DNA from: Parasitella parasitica NRRL 2501 | Taxonomy: Eukaryota > Fungi > Mucoromycota | NCBI GenBank assembly: GCA_025201805.1 | Contig: MU619238.1 | Coordinates: 199,970 to 263,969, forward strand | Direction of reading: 5' to 3' | DNA length: 64,000 nt | Shown here: positions 12,428 through 25,739 of the stretch, one piece after another | How positions within the stretch are numbered: the stretch's first letter is position 1 | Layout: each line of letters starts with the position of its first letter | Program-made: the position numbers and the translations under genes | The notes under the pieces: generated by a model | Seen by the model: the letters and a program-made list of their open reading frames with translations, nothing else | Database searches by the model: none | Told to the model about the DNA's origin: nothing

Positions 12428-14137
12428 TTAAATGCTCGGTTTTGTCATGTCATTATTGTCGGCAAACATAGCAGACGAAACAGTGGGAGAAGGTTGGTGT
12501 GCTACTCAACAAGTCAATAAATATTTCCTTCAAGGCAGATTAGCACATACTGTAGGTATTCAGGAATTCCTCCATGTTGTAATAATCCATCGCAATGTTG
12601 CTAGTGTTTGATTCAAATCCAAATTCAGAGGCAAGGGATTTCAAACTTAATTCCAAATCCTCGGCTGTGGAAGGGGTTGAAGCAGGAGTGACCACAATAG
12701 AAGAAGTGGCAGATTTAGAAAGATCGGGAAGAGGAGCAACCTCGGATTTTGCTGACACAGATTCTGTCGATGCTGGCACGTTGAAATAGCTAGTGTTGGT
12801 AAGCTGATTGAATAACGCTGGATTGGATTGTGCCAAGGCAACCAAACCCTGAAATTGAGGCAAATTCAACAGAGACGATAGATCAGGAGAGGCTGGACCA
12901 GGTATTGCTGTTGATGAGTTGCTATTATTACTATTGTTGCTCGCTGAGGAAGTGTTTGATTTAGAAGCCACTAAATAAAATGCTTGTTCCTAAGTGCTCA
13001 AAACCTGACAAATTTTCTTTAGAACTTACCTAATGACGCTGCTGTGTCTTTTTTGGTCTGATCGTTGAGGGCAATAGCGGCTGCAAGGTCTGCAGTTGCA
13101 GGAGCTGACGAAGGGGAAGGCGACGTTGTCGGTTGCACCAAGTCGGTAGCATCGTTTACAAATTCTGATATATCAAATTGCGGCGATCTACATGCATACT
13201 TTGATGGTTGGTCGCTTTCGTCCTCGACGTCTTCTATTTTGCAGTGCTCCCGCTTTTTGTTGGTGAGGTTTTGTTCGAGGTCTTTTGAGCCATCGCCCAA
13301 CAAGAACTGTCGCTTGCGAGGTACAACAACATGCTTGCTCTTTTCACTAGAGAAAACTGAGGCCAGAAATCGTAAAATCTTGTCGATTGTCTCTTGGTGT
13401 CTGTGATGGCGCTCTCTGGTAGCAATGTTTTCCTGCCACAGTACCTGATTGTCTGACTGGACGTTTTTCAGTTCATTACTAATCGACATTTGATGTTTTT
13501 TGATGGCAGCAATTTCGTCTAAAATGTGGTGCAAATCGACAGTGCCGCCGTCTTTCTCTTCGGAATCTCGTCCCTTTTTTCGGGTAACTAGCAATAGTAA
13601 ATCAGGCTGATTACGTTGAAAATGCTGGTTGCTGAATTCCCATCGCTCTGACTCTCCTTCGGTGCTCAGAACGCCATTCTGAAGATGGGGCACTTTATGA
13701 AATCCATACATGTTCAATTGACGCACAAAGGAAGAAAAGTTGCTATGCTTGAAGAAGCGAGGCAACACCTTCTTTGCAAACTCTTCATGTCGAACAACAA
13801 TAAAAGACAAACCATCGCTGGACCAACGTATAAGCTCGTCGGTTGTATGATCGTCTACCATACTTCAAGTATTTGAAATGTTAGTCAATACACTAGACAC
13901 TCATGCTTGCTCTTCCCTCCCTCCCTCCCCCCCCCTCCACCTAATTAATACTCACTTGTACAATTTATTTAGAAATGCAGGTACGTTTTGCAGTTTGTTC
14001 CTTTGTATTTGGGCAGGATTCAAAACCATTTTTGCAGCTGTGGTAGGTCTATTTATTTGGTTTGTTGTAGATTGGGTGGCTGGATTGGGCGCTATCGCAC
14101 TTAGCAGTGGTGCAATTGAAGTAGGTAACTGACTCAT
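12428..14137 (-). CDS. HSF1: Heat shock transcription factor, 4 exons
   Basis: HSF DNA-binding domain [52 protein letters not shown], followed by the HR-A/B coiled coil ([20 protein letters not shown]). Confidence 0.93.
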
Positions 14138-14788
14138 TCTATCTGTCTTTAGCGGTAAACAATAAAAGGAAGCGAAAGAATACAAAAATAGGAAAGGAAA
14201 GAGCCAACAACGATATAATGAATTGCACCTAATTTACACTCCCTCTTGGTTCATGTATTACGGTATCAGATTGAAAAATCTTCCACCACAGTCACCTTGA
14301 CATGATGTCAAGAAGCCGAAGAAGTAACTCTGCAGATATGCCCACAAAATACCTATTCAGCTTTTGATAGAGATGGAAAATATAAAAACTGTTGGTAGAC
14401 GAGCAGCCTTTCTATCTAAGCTTTTGATTTAAAATGTGGGAATTGTTTTGTCTTGAGTTTGCTAACTCTGCACGATGAATAGTTGCGACAACAATGTCAA
14501 TAGTCACTGAGTAAAATGGTTTATTTTAATCACGAAACCCTGTACTAACATCTGCATGGCTCGAAGACACAATCGTATAGCATTTTTGAGGTCTTTCCAG
14601 TGCTTTTTACCGCTGAATCCAACTCAAGAATAATTCTGAGAAATAAAGTATATTATCATGTAATTCAGTGATTTTGTCTTTGCATTATTTTCATCATTTT
14701 CATCATTTTCATCATCAAAAAGAAGGATGCTATGTATTAATTATTGTTGAAGTTAATGCAATCTTTGATATCCTAAACTTCCAGTACT

Positions 14789-16692
14789 TTATTCAACATT
14801 TAGAGCCTTTTTGAGAGCTGTTAGACTTTGATTTTTGATATCAATCCAAATCTGATCATGTCCTTTGACAACTGGTTTTCCCAGTAGCTTTCCATCTCGA
14901 TTAACCCAAGTAGTAATGTCCTTGATATAAGCCAGCTCCAGTTCAGAGCCCAAAGCATGAAATTCTCTGCCTGCCCCTTTGCGAGACAGACGTTTTTGCC
15001 ATTCTACACGCATGTCTTCTTCTGTAGGAAGCTTTGCAGCGCCAGCATAAACTCTAGCAACGGCATAAGACTGAAACTCAAACAGTGAAAAGGTGGCAAT
15101 ATGAAATGGGATGCCAACAAAACTTAGCGTAGGGTTTGGAATGTAAAAGATGTCCTTGTGTAAATTAAATACTTGTGATCCATCTTTTACCAGCACATGG
15201 TCATCGCCCACATCAGATTGACGCTTGGAATTGATGTATTCGTCAGAATGAAGATGCTCCAAAAAGTGAAAGCTGAAGATATAGCCCGTGCAGACAATAA
15301 TGTAGTCAAGTCCAGTTAATTCAGTACCATCCTCCAATTCAACTACGGCGTCTTGAATATTGCCGTCATCTAACCGAAATGCCTTGATATTGGCAACGCG
15401 CTTCAGATTTTTAGGGGCAAATTTAGCCAATTCTTCTCTAAGTTTGAGGTATCGCTCATCAAATTTATGAGCGCTTTCACGAACAGAGTTGTATACTGTT
15501 TTCACTTGGCCACTGATATCTCTTGCAATGTCTAAAGCAGATGTACCGTTTCCGATTAGAAGCACAGACTACATAAAATCGAATGAATATACTGCTGTAA
15601 TGACAATGTATTATGCTGTACCTTATCTTTAAATTGTTCAGGCACACGATATTGTTTTGAATGAATGATGCTCTCAGGCCATTTCTCACGCCAGTGAGAC
15701 AGGCCTGGCAAATCGGGAACATATGGAGCATGATAATGTCCAGTAGCAACAACAACAGCGTCAAAAGTCTGTAATTACATGCATATTTTAGATGAAATAA
15801 AATGTTGCATTGTCATAACATAAATGTAGATAAAACATACCTCTCGACTCCATGATATCTCGACTTGATTCGAATCTTTAGAGTACTCGGCATGTTTTGT
15901 CAATACGCTCCATCCGCCAGAATCAGGCAGCTCTTGTAAATCCTCAACAGAGGTATTGAACTCGGTAATATCATCCAATTTGAAATGAGAAGAGTAATCT
16001 TGTAGATATTCAAGAATCTTGTCATGCGAAGTAAACCAGGGCTATTTACAAATGTTAACTTGTATAGTTATGTTTCTTCGCTGTGGTACTAACTATGTTT
16101 TTCCGCCATTCGAGATCTTTGTATTGCAACAGTGGAGTTGGCACATTATTTCTAAGTGAGCGATAGCAAGGTGTTGGGGGAGATAACTGCAATAGCTCCT
16201 TGAGAGCAATTTCAGTACTTGTCTTCTTGCTATATGGTAAGGAAGCACCCTTTGGAGGAAAGTTTGGCTTGACCACTTTGGTTGGGATTTCTGAAGGAAA
16301 TTCGGGATTGATTGGCTTTTCTTCGCTATATACCCTATTATGCCTTGTTATCCACAAGGGAAGCGATAATCGGCATATATTTTTGCTTACCATGTTCCTC
16401 CAGATACCGCATTTCTCTCGAAGATTTTCACTTCAAGTCCTTCGTCTACTAGAAGTTTGGCTGTAGGCAGCTATATACATATTATTTACAAATTTAGTCC
16501 TAAAGTAAATAATAAATAGTTTTACTATATAAGCAAACTTACACCTGCAGGACCAGCACCAATTACAGCCACTCTACGTATCCTACTTTTGAACTTGTAT
16601 TGTCCCGAATGGTTGATATTTGCACTGTAAACTCCATGTTTAGACTTCTCAGTAATCTTGTCTGCGTTGGCAGAAATGGTTTCTACTGGCAT
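14789..16692 (-). CDS. Flavin-containing monooxygenase (FMO1/thiol-specific monooxygenase-like), multi-exon
   Basis: FAD motif RVAVIGAGPAG, CYRSLRNN, DAVVVATGHYHAP, FMO-like signature SIIHSKQYR, NADPH motif LLIGNGTSALDIA, and CTGY. Confidence 0.9.
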
Positions 16693-17223
16693 TTTCGTAT
16701 ATTTTAAAGCAATATAACAGAAGCGCACTCGGTTATATATATAAAAGATCTTGGGATGTGTGACATTTCTTAATATCATTTCGTATGGTATCATTAGTTC
16801 TGCATATTGCGAACATTTTTAAATCACTTGCAATTTAACAATTGATTGTAACACAGGTTTTTTATGCCTAGGCTTATCATGAAGCCACCGAACAAGCTGA
16901 AAAGAAGTGGTCTGTGTGTAAATGCAGTTTGCGTTTGTATCGCTTAACTTTAATTTATGCATGAAAAAAGTAAGAATGATCAAACAAACAAGATGAGGAT
17001 AATATCTTATGAATCCCTTATATATGGTGTGATTATGTGAGTAATAGACTAATTTTACTCTCCCGTATTCATTACAGATGCACAAGATAAATCTACTATT
17101 TTATTGATTATTATTAAGCCAAAAAAAAAAAAAAAAGGCGCAATATCAACAAAAAATTTAAACAATTGTATTCTTATACCCACTGTAAAATTGCGTATTT
17201 ATTCTTTCAAACTATATACTTAT

Positions 17224-18550
17224 TTAGACAATTCTAAATGTAGCTTCAAGTGGGAAGATCTCTTCACGATCATTATGGTAGATATGGTTCCAAGTAGATT
17301 CCAGTTGAGGAGGAAGTTTCCAGGCATTCTCAGGATGAAGCCAATGGCGAAGAAGATGACGACTAATATGATAAGATGTGAGTTCATTGTCATATAAAGC
17401 AAATTAATAATATTACGTATTCTTCTTGCTGTCAGTATATCCATCGCGAGCATGGAAAATGGACAAATTGTTAATATATTGGATATCGCCTTTCTGGAAA
17501 TTAATACCCAAATTCACTTTTTCGGCAGTGAAATGGAGTGCATCCAACGCTTCGGCTTGAGCTTCAGTAATGGGAGGGATATCTTCTCGGCGAGGATTCT
17601 TGCCAAACCCAGTAAAGCTGCGTCGAGCATATTGAATGATAAGCTTGTTCTCGACATAATAGAGAAGAGGACGCAAAAAGTAAGATTTCTTTTCCTTATT
17701 AAGATCACTTTTTGCGGAATGAATCAGTTGAAACATTGGAGAAGCTATGTATGTTTGTGATACTTACGTTTGAAAGGGCCAATCTTGAGATAAAGTGTGA
17801 ATCAGGTCAGGACGAGACTTTGCGATTTCATTATAGACAGTCCAGCTGGAGGCAATGCGAGACTTTCCTCCCTCTTCAGCTACGCCGATGGCATAGAGAG
17901 AGATGATATCGCCGGCATCAGTGTGGTAGACCTGATGGTCGTTGGTAAATGCTGGAGCCGTGATTTCGTCTAAGCCTTTTTCAGGAACAAGATCTTTGAT
18001 GTGTGCTATACATATACTAATATTCAGAACAATACATCATATACAGAGTTAGAGTATGTTACTTACCAATGGAATGACGACCCTGCAGTCCACGCTTGCC
18101 AACATAAGCAGAAATACCAGTGTAGGCAATAATATTCTGAGCTCGAGTGTAATCGTCAGGGTTTAAACCACGGATCACAATGAATCCACGGCCTTCAACC
18201 ACATTTTCTTCAGTCAATGTCTTGATTTTGGCACCAAAGTTCGGTAAAACAAATGTTTCTTTGTTAATTTCAGAGAAATTCTTTCCAGTAGCTTCAAAAT
18301 CACGAACAGCATAGTCAATCTCCTTGATTTCATCCTCAGTGAGTCTGTAAATCCATTCATGATCCTTTCCTTCGAAATCAGAGCCTTTCCAGAGCTTGGG
18401 ACCTTCTAATTGAGCAGGGAAACCTTCAGGCAAGTACTTTTCAAGTTGCTCTTCTTCTAAACGACGGGCGACTCTGTTCTTGTAATTGACTCTGTCAGGC
18501 AAGTATGTGAAGTCAGGTTGAGATGAGTTTTGCAATTGAATAGTAGGCAT
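17224..18550 (-). CDS. Fe(II)/2-oxoglutarate dioxygenase, TauD/clavaminate-synthase-like family, 4 exons
   Basis: GRGFIVIRG, HIKDL, facial-triad VYHTDAGD, distal GDIQYINNLSIFHARDGY, and RHLLRHWL. Confidence 0.9.
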
Positions 18551-19088
18551 ATTGAGATTTGATTATAGAGAAGGGGACAACAGAAACTGTGAACTTGAAC
18601 AACCGTATTTATGCCTGCGAAATGAGCCAAGAAAACAATTAATAATCCAAATGCTAAACCAACTGCTGATGTATTGTAAAATATCTCTAAATTTGACGTG
18701 ATAATTTCTCTATCAGCTGCCGTAAATAATTTGTACCCACCTACGGCACACACATGCAATCATAGATGCACTGAAAAGAAATCTTCCTATTTATGTTTAT
18801 AAACAATATTAGTTCTTGATGAGACAATTTAGTGTAACTATTCCACACAAGCATGAATTGATATAGGAAATGGCGCAAATTGCTATATTAAACATCACCA
18901 TGCCGTTAAACACATCAAGTTTGAACACTTTTCCAGACAAATTGATGTACTACTATTATTTGTTTTATGGCGCAAAAAGCATCGAACATTTGAAATCTGT
19001 TGTGGTAGATAAAAAGATGAAGTATTATGGAGCTTTTTCATATCCTGCTTTATTCTCACTACCTCGCACATATATTAGTCTTAGAGTA

Positions 19089-20994
19089 ATGGCAAATTCT
19101 GATATTTCATTTTATAATAGCACTAGTGATAATAATGAAATTGTCCAAAAGGCTGTACCTCAGCAAATTAAGAATTTGTCGCCCTTGGCTGTTGGGGACC
19201 AGAAATTAAATAGACATTTGGGATACTTTAGCGGTACTCTCATGAATGGTATAGGCACTTTTATTTTAATTTTAAATATAAACATGAATACTCACTCGAG
19301 ATATATAGTCGGTCAAATCATTGGCACTGGTATCTTCTCTAATCCTACATTTATTTTGATTAACTGTGGATCGGGTGGTATGATGCTGATATTATGGATC
19401 ATTGGCGCTATTTTTGCTGGTCTGGGTGTCTGGAATTACCTAGAACTTGGTACAATGCTTCCCCGAAGGTACAGTTACAAGGCAAATGTAATGGCTTCGT
19501 CTCAATACTTATGTTATTCACAGTGGAGGCGAACAAGAATATCTTGCGTATCAATTTCCAAGGCCCAAACAATTAATCTCATTTGTGTTTCTGATCATGG
19601 TGGGTATTTTTGCCCGCTCAGCTGGTTTAGCACAGGTGCGTTCTACGTAAATATACACTGGAAAAATCAAAAAAGCTAACTTATGCTACTAGGGTGCTAC
19701 AGTGTTTGGTAATAATATTATCTATGCTATTGGCGGTCCAACATACACGAATGATTGGGGAGCAAGAGGCTTTGCTGTGTTTTGCTTGACATTTTGGCTC
19801 GCACTCAATATCGTCTCTGCCAAATTTGCTATTCGCGCAAACAATTTCTTTACCGTCTTGAAGATTGCCTTGTTGTTATTGCTAATCTGTGTTGGATTTG
19901 CTGGTCTTGCTGGCCGTTTGCCTAACCAACCTAACATTGCTGAAAATTTTTCATTCCACGGAACATTGGATAATCCTGGTTCTTATGCCAATGCGATTTA
20001 TTATGTCGTCTTTGCTTACGGTGGATGGTATAATCTGAACTACGTCTTAGATGAGCTAAAAGATCCCATCAAAAACTTGCCCCGTTGTGCTATTACAGCT
20101 CTGTCTTTGACCACCGTCTTGTATCTCCTTGCAAATGTTGCTTATCTTGCTGTACTGCCAATTGCTGTCATTAAGACATCGCAATTAACTGTCGCTGCTA
20201 ACCTGTTTAACACTGCATTAGGTGGTGTATTTGGTGGCCGTGTTTTGCCTGTTCTTGTGGGCTGTTCATCCTTTGGCTTTGTTGGCGTTATTTTTTACTC
20301 TGGATCTAGAGTCGTATTGGAAGCATCTCGTAAAGGGTTTTTGCCATTTGACAGATTCTTTTCAAAAGTGCATCCCAAATTGCAGACTCCAATTAATTCA
20401 TTAGTTCTGCTATATCTTCTTTCCTTGGTATTCTTGCTGGCTCCTCCTCCAGGATCTGTATTCCAGTTTATTATAGCCTTCTCAGGCTACGGTGGCTACT
20501 TTTTCTCGGCTATGAGCGTTATCGGCCTTTTGATTTTAAGACGAACGCAACCTGAAGCAAAGCGCCCTATTCGGGTACCTTTGATTGCATCTGTGTTGTT
20601 TATTGCTATATGTGTATATACGCTAGTATTTGTGTTTGTGCCGCCTATAACAAAGCCAGTTGGCTATCCCTATTTTCGTAAGTTGCCGTATATTACTTGA
20701 CATTTTTTATTTATTTTATACTGATCCAATTCGCATGACACAGTTCCTTATATTATTACAATCATTCTTGGCCTTGTCTCTGTTGGGCTATGGTATTACA
20801 AGATTGTTATTAAGAAATCACTAGAGACATCTTATAACGCAGAGATTAGATTAGACGGTCAGCAAGAATTGTTTGATGATGTATACAAAGATTATGCTAG
20901 TAGTATTTCAGTCGAAGATACTATATCAATCAATAGCGATAATCTCAACACTAAGAGCATTTATCATAGTAAAATGCCTGCTTCTTCCAAGTGA
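19089..20994 (+). CDS. APC-family amino acid permease, LAT/Mup1 (methionine permease)-like, 5 exons
   Basis: GQIIGTGIFSNP, YLELGTMLPR/SGGEQEYL, FAYGGWYNLNYVLDELKDPIKNLP, LYLLANVAY, and many TM segments. Confidence 0.88.
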
Positions 20995-22765
20995 TGCCGC
21001 ATTTTTTTTTCCAAGATAGAGATCTCTACATATTATTACAACACATAAAAAAACCTTTGCAAAACACTAATGCCCTGACATACTCTATCTTTATACAACG
21101 ATGCAAATATTTTACCGATAAGCAAGATTACTAAATGTCATGATTGCACTTTTCTTTGCCCTATATAATATAAGAACTATCACTTAATAGGGCTTTCGTT
21201 ACTACAGTGTCATAGCTGTATTATGTTGAAACTGTTGTATCTAGATTTTAGGCGCCTGATTTTTAATCTGCGCAAACTTCGGTGTGTTATTGTCGGAAAA
21301 AAGACAAAAGCCGTAAGAAAACAATATTTAGCGATGTCAAACGCAAAATTAAAACTAATTTAAAGTAATTTATTTGGCTGTAAGGCACCTTTTGATTACA
21401 CATTTGCATAGTTTAGAGCAAGTTTTCGTACTTTTCAAGTTGATATCAGAGGAAAATAGCGACTTTTCTGACTTTTTTTCAAAGAAGTTTTTTCAAAATC
21501 GGAGCGTGAGATCGTCAAGCCAGGTACAGACATGCAAGCGCTACCATTAGAAAGCCACAAAGTACACAATTTAAAGAAACTAGGCTTTCATAATTTTTCT
21601 CTTGAATTGGGTAAGCTATGGCTTCTCAAGGTTAATGTTTTCTTCTAAAAAACATCATTTTTCTTTGATAGCGGAGATTAAACGCGTCCAAAATCAGGAA
21701 GGAAACATTCTTTCAGAAACTCCATTTGGACATTAAGAAATCAAAATTACTCTTTTGAGGCAAGATATCATCTTCTGACAGTATGCATACCACCGCTGTC
21801 AGTCTATGATAATAGCTGTATTTTTGGGCGCTCTACACGATGGTGTTATTTTCATAATCCTCATATGCTTATTGAAGGAATTCTACCTCAAAACCTCAAA
21901 AACAGATCAAGAGGGAAAAGTCGCCATTTTGCTTAATCAGAGCGCATCTTCAGTCTTTCAGATCAAGGAGTGACCTTGTACGATTATTTTCCTCCAATAT
22001 ATGCTATAGTAAAAAGTTGCATTTTTGAGGTCAAAATCGAGGATAATGCATAATCGATGATTTTGGATGGGTGGATACAAGGAAAAAATCGAAAAAATCG
22101 ATGATTTTGCATCGAAAAAAAAATCATGCTCAAATTGCACCAAAATCACATATAATATAGTTTTTTCCCAATGGATACTATTTCTGGCGTTTTCAGGGCA
22201 CTTTTGATTATAAAAATCAGTCAGAAAATGGCACACAAAGCTAAAGTTCCTGCTTTTAAAGCTGTAAAAAATACCTATTTGGAGATGATATCTCGTCAAT
22301 ATCAATTCTAGTACATGACGCAGCTCTATAAAGTAAGGATTTTGACGCCACAAGTACACCTTTCTTCATAGTAAAACGATAAAACAGGAGTGCCTCATCT
22401 TGCCTCAGAAACTTCTCAGTTCTTACCAGAAATAGAAGGTTTGTCATCAGGAAACCTAATGCCGATATATATTATCACAAACACCGTGACATTTATCTTA
22501 CTTAAACTTTTTCTCTGGAGACAATAATACCAGCAGCTTTTGCACATAACCTTCAATATAGCATAGCAAAGTACTGTTGAGACGGAAACTTTGCTTGTTC
22601 TTTGATTCTTAAAGTATCTAATAGTGAATATCCTAGTTACGCATCACATCACACGGCTAGCGTTTTGAAAGCTTGGTCAGTCGTAAAAGAAAGTAATCAA
22701 AAACGTACATTAATACACATTCAATTTTATTATATAAATGGGCCAGCAACAAAAATAAAACCAAA

Positions 22766-23052
22766 CTAGCTCAACTCATCTTCAATAAAGACGATTCCGT
22801 CTTCATTTAAAGCGATATCCAGTAACCGGCCATTGGCATCTTTTTTAACTTTGGCACTGAAAGACAAGTCATATACATCGAAAGCAAAGTCTAGATCCTT
22901 TTGACTCTCTAAACGGATATAGCGGTATCCTGTGTCTGCTACGATAAATCTGCATTCTAGCAATTCGCCCCCATTATTGTCTGACGATGCCACGTCGTCT
23001 GTAATAGTTTGACAGCTGATGCTTGGTGATGGATGTAATTTTNNNNNNNNNN

Positions 23053-23084
<32 letters not shown>

Positions 23085-24796
23085 AAGAACACGATTAGAG
23101 GAATGCTTGAGAAACTCAGTTAACACACAATAATGCTTTACCCATAATAAACTGTCGTATGATATCTGAATATCCAAACTACTTCTATAGCTATATGGAT
23201 GATTGACCAAAAAGCGATACACTAAAGATGTACGCATAGGCATCAACATATCCAGCCCAATATAGTCTCCAGCACGAATATTTTGAATGGATTTCCACGG
23301 TGTTTCTTCTTGCATGTCCACAGCATTCGAATATCGATAATCATTGAGATTTCCCAACATATAATTATCATGCATTTGCTTCAATACGTCAACATAAATT
23401 GATGGATTGTAAGAAAACAATTCAATGCTTGGGAAGAGCTGTTTGTTTGTTAAAAATAGGCAGCGATCGTCTCTGCAGGAAGCTCTTGCGTTACGGTCAA
23501 ATGTGCTCTCCAAGTAAGGTTCTAGAGGTACAATGCCTTCTCCTTCTTCCAAATCAGTATACAGCAAGGCTAATCCCAAGTCCTAAAAAAATTCGTATCA
23601 TTTCAAAACTGCATTCTGAAGTTTGAACGTATATATATTTACCATATGCTCTGTTTCTCTTTCAGTCAGCTCTTTAGCAGGTGCTGCTACCGGTTCGTTT
23701 TCGTTTCCTTCTAATTGGTATGGGATTTGATTTATATACATTGCAAAATACATATCTGCAAACTCATCAACTACTGACGTCGCCTCGTAATTTTCCAGGA
23801 ATTTCAAGACCATTGCTTTTGCGATAAATGTACCTGCTTCAATATCAATAAAGCAAGTATGCAATTGTAGACCTTTCCATACGTTATTAATAATCCATAT
23901 ATACAGACATGCATACTGAAAGGGATGTCCTACCTGTATTTGAGAAACAATATCTCCATTGGGAATCTATAAAGGCTTTATGACCAGTTGATTGACCATG
24001 AATCAAGCTCGGAGACCGTAAGAAATTAGCATAGGTGCTCCGCAATTGCTGTGATCTTCTCGGCATATCTTGGAAATAGCAATAAGGTGTCTTTGAAAGA
24101 CGACACGCATGATATCTTGCAGACGAGCCCTTCTGAACAGGTGCATTTATAATCTGGAGTCTGTTTGGTGTACAGCTTTCTGCTTGAATCATCTGTGAGT
24201 TTACACAATATTAATTGGCTTGAAAGATAAACATAATACAGGCAACTCACATCTATAGTTATATTCACAGTTGGATCGTCATTCCATACAATGAACGTTG
24301 AAAACATATCGTACTGGCAAAGTTGTTGTAGTATAGGCCGAGTTGTAAATTCGATTTGCTTTTGATCTTTGAGAAGCACCACTGCTGTGGTTTGTGATCT
24401 GCCTTCGTCAGGATATACTTTATCCAGTAAATCGACTTCATCAAGAGGATCGCTATAGTGTTCTTGTTGCCAATCTTGGTATTTTTTGCCGCTAAAAAAG
24501 CCAACATGAACTAACAATACAATGCAACCCGCAAACAGACATAGAGAGAGAAATATCAGTTCTATTAGGCCTGCTTGTTGGTATCTTTTTGTCAATCGAC
24601 GCCTCCACACAGACAAGTGTTTGCGTAATCTGCTTTCTTGCCAAATCCTCTGGATATAAGGTAATATACGGTGTTGAAATGGGTCCGAACTAATGTTGAT
24701 GTGGATACCTCGCAAGTTATTGTTACCACTTTGTTGTTGTTGGCGTCGAGAAGACAGAAACCCAAAGGGCTTTTCATGCCCAGCCGTTGAACGCAT
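22766..24796 (-). CDS. Type II membrane protein with a GT-A/GT64-like (EXTL-like) fungal domain; multi-exon, model interrupted by an N gap
   Basis: Single TM (LIELIFLSLCLFAGCIVLLVHVGFF), then TTAVVLL..FIVWNDDP..ARYHACRLSKTPYCYFQD. Collinear ORFs are joined by GT-AG introns. Confidence 0.55.
23043..23052. other. Assembly gap (N run) next to poly-A
   Basis: 10 N bases. Confidence 0.99.
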
Positions 24797-25001
24797 TGTA
24801 CGAGAGTATGGTTGGATTAATTTGATAAAAATAAGAAAGCTACTATTCATCAACATTTACCAAGTTTCAGTTACAAACAAAGTACTAGTCGGTCACAAAA
24901 AAAAATGAAATTGTCGATTACACAAACATGCTTGTGCCATAGTTTGGTATTATCCATTAATGCAATGTTTCTTGTCATTCAAAACTTTTGGGATCTCTAC
25001 A

Positions 25002-25420
25002 ATGACAAATACATTTTTTATTTTTAAAGATGGGATGGGCAAGATTTTTAATGAGCATGGTGAAAGAGTTTATAATCTCATGGATGGCGTCCTGACAGAG
25101 ATTACAACCCTGACATTGTATTTAAAACGCAAGCGTTATTCAGCTAGTAAGCTGAAAAGAAAAAAAATTCGACAAGTCGGCAAAACCAGCAGTTTATAGC
25201 ACTTTTAAAGACAAGGTAAGAGATTCATTGATAGAATGATTGAAAACCTTGAGAACTTAATTTTCCAGAAACCTCTTGGTTAACCTTACGTACTACGGAA
25301 AGATGGTATAAAACATTCAAAAATACTTGAACAAGAGGAATAAACATCAAAAAGTCAGGCCGTTTATTTGCAGAAGAGGAAAAAGATAAGCTTCAATTGC
25401 TAGGTCAATTGTTTCAAGAA
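25002..25420 (+). mobile_element. Degenerate Tc1/mariner (IS630-like) transposase N-terminal remnant
   Basis: FIFKDGMGKIFNEHGE.., then frameshifted YSTFKDK..RFIDRMIEN..LRTTERWYKTF (HTH-like), resembling Mucorales homeodomain-like transposases; contains stops and frameshifts. Confidence 0.45.
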
Positions 25421-25739
25421 GAAGAACCATGTAAATGATAATCATCCATAGTCATGAATTAGTCACCCGCTATCTTTCACAGGATAGCATCATTCAGAAT
25501 AGCAGCATTCAAAAAGACAGCGTAATGAATACGCACTGAGAAGCAGCAAGAATAAAACAACAACGATCTCTATAGAACCTCGCATTTAGCTACGTTGAAC
25601 CCTAACAATGAGGCGTATGCTAATCGTGCAAATGCCTTGAAAAAAGCATTTTGAGATAATCAAGTCCAACTACAGAGTGTTGTTTGAAGACTTACTCTAA
25701 AAGACGGCTCCTCCTCCTCCTCCCCTTACGACAAGCCAA

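Noticed and set aside
21958-22447. ORFs in the non-coding block after the permease
   Set aside because: Phe/Ile-rich composition typical of AT-rich non-coding DNA
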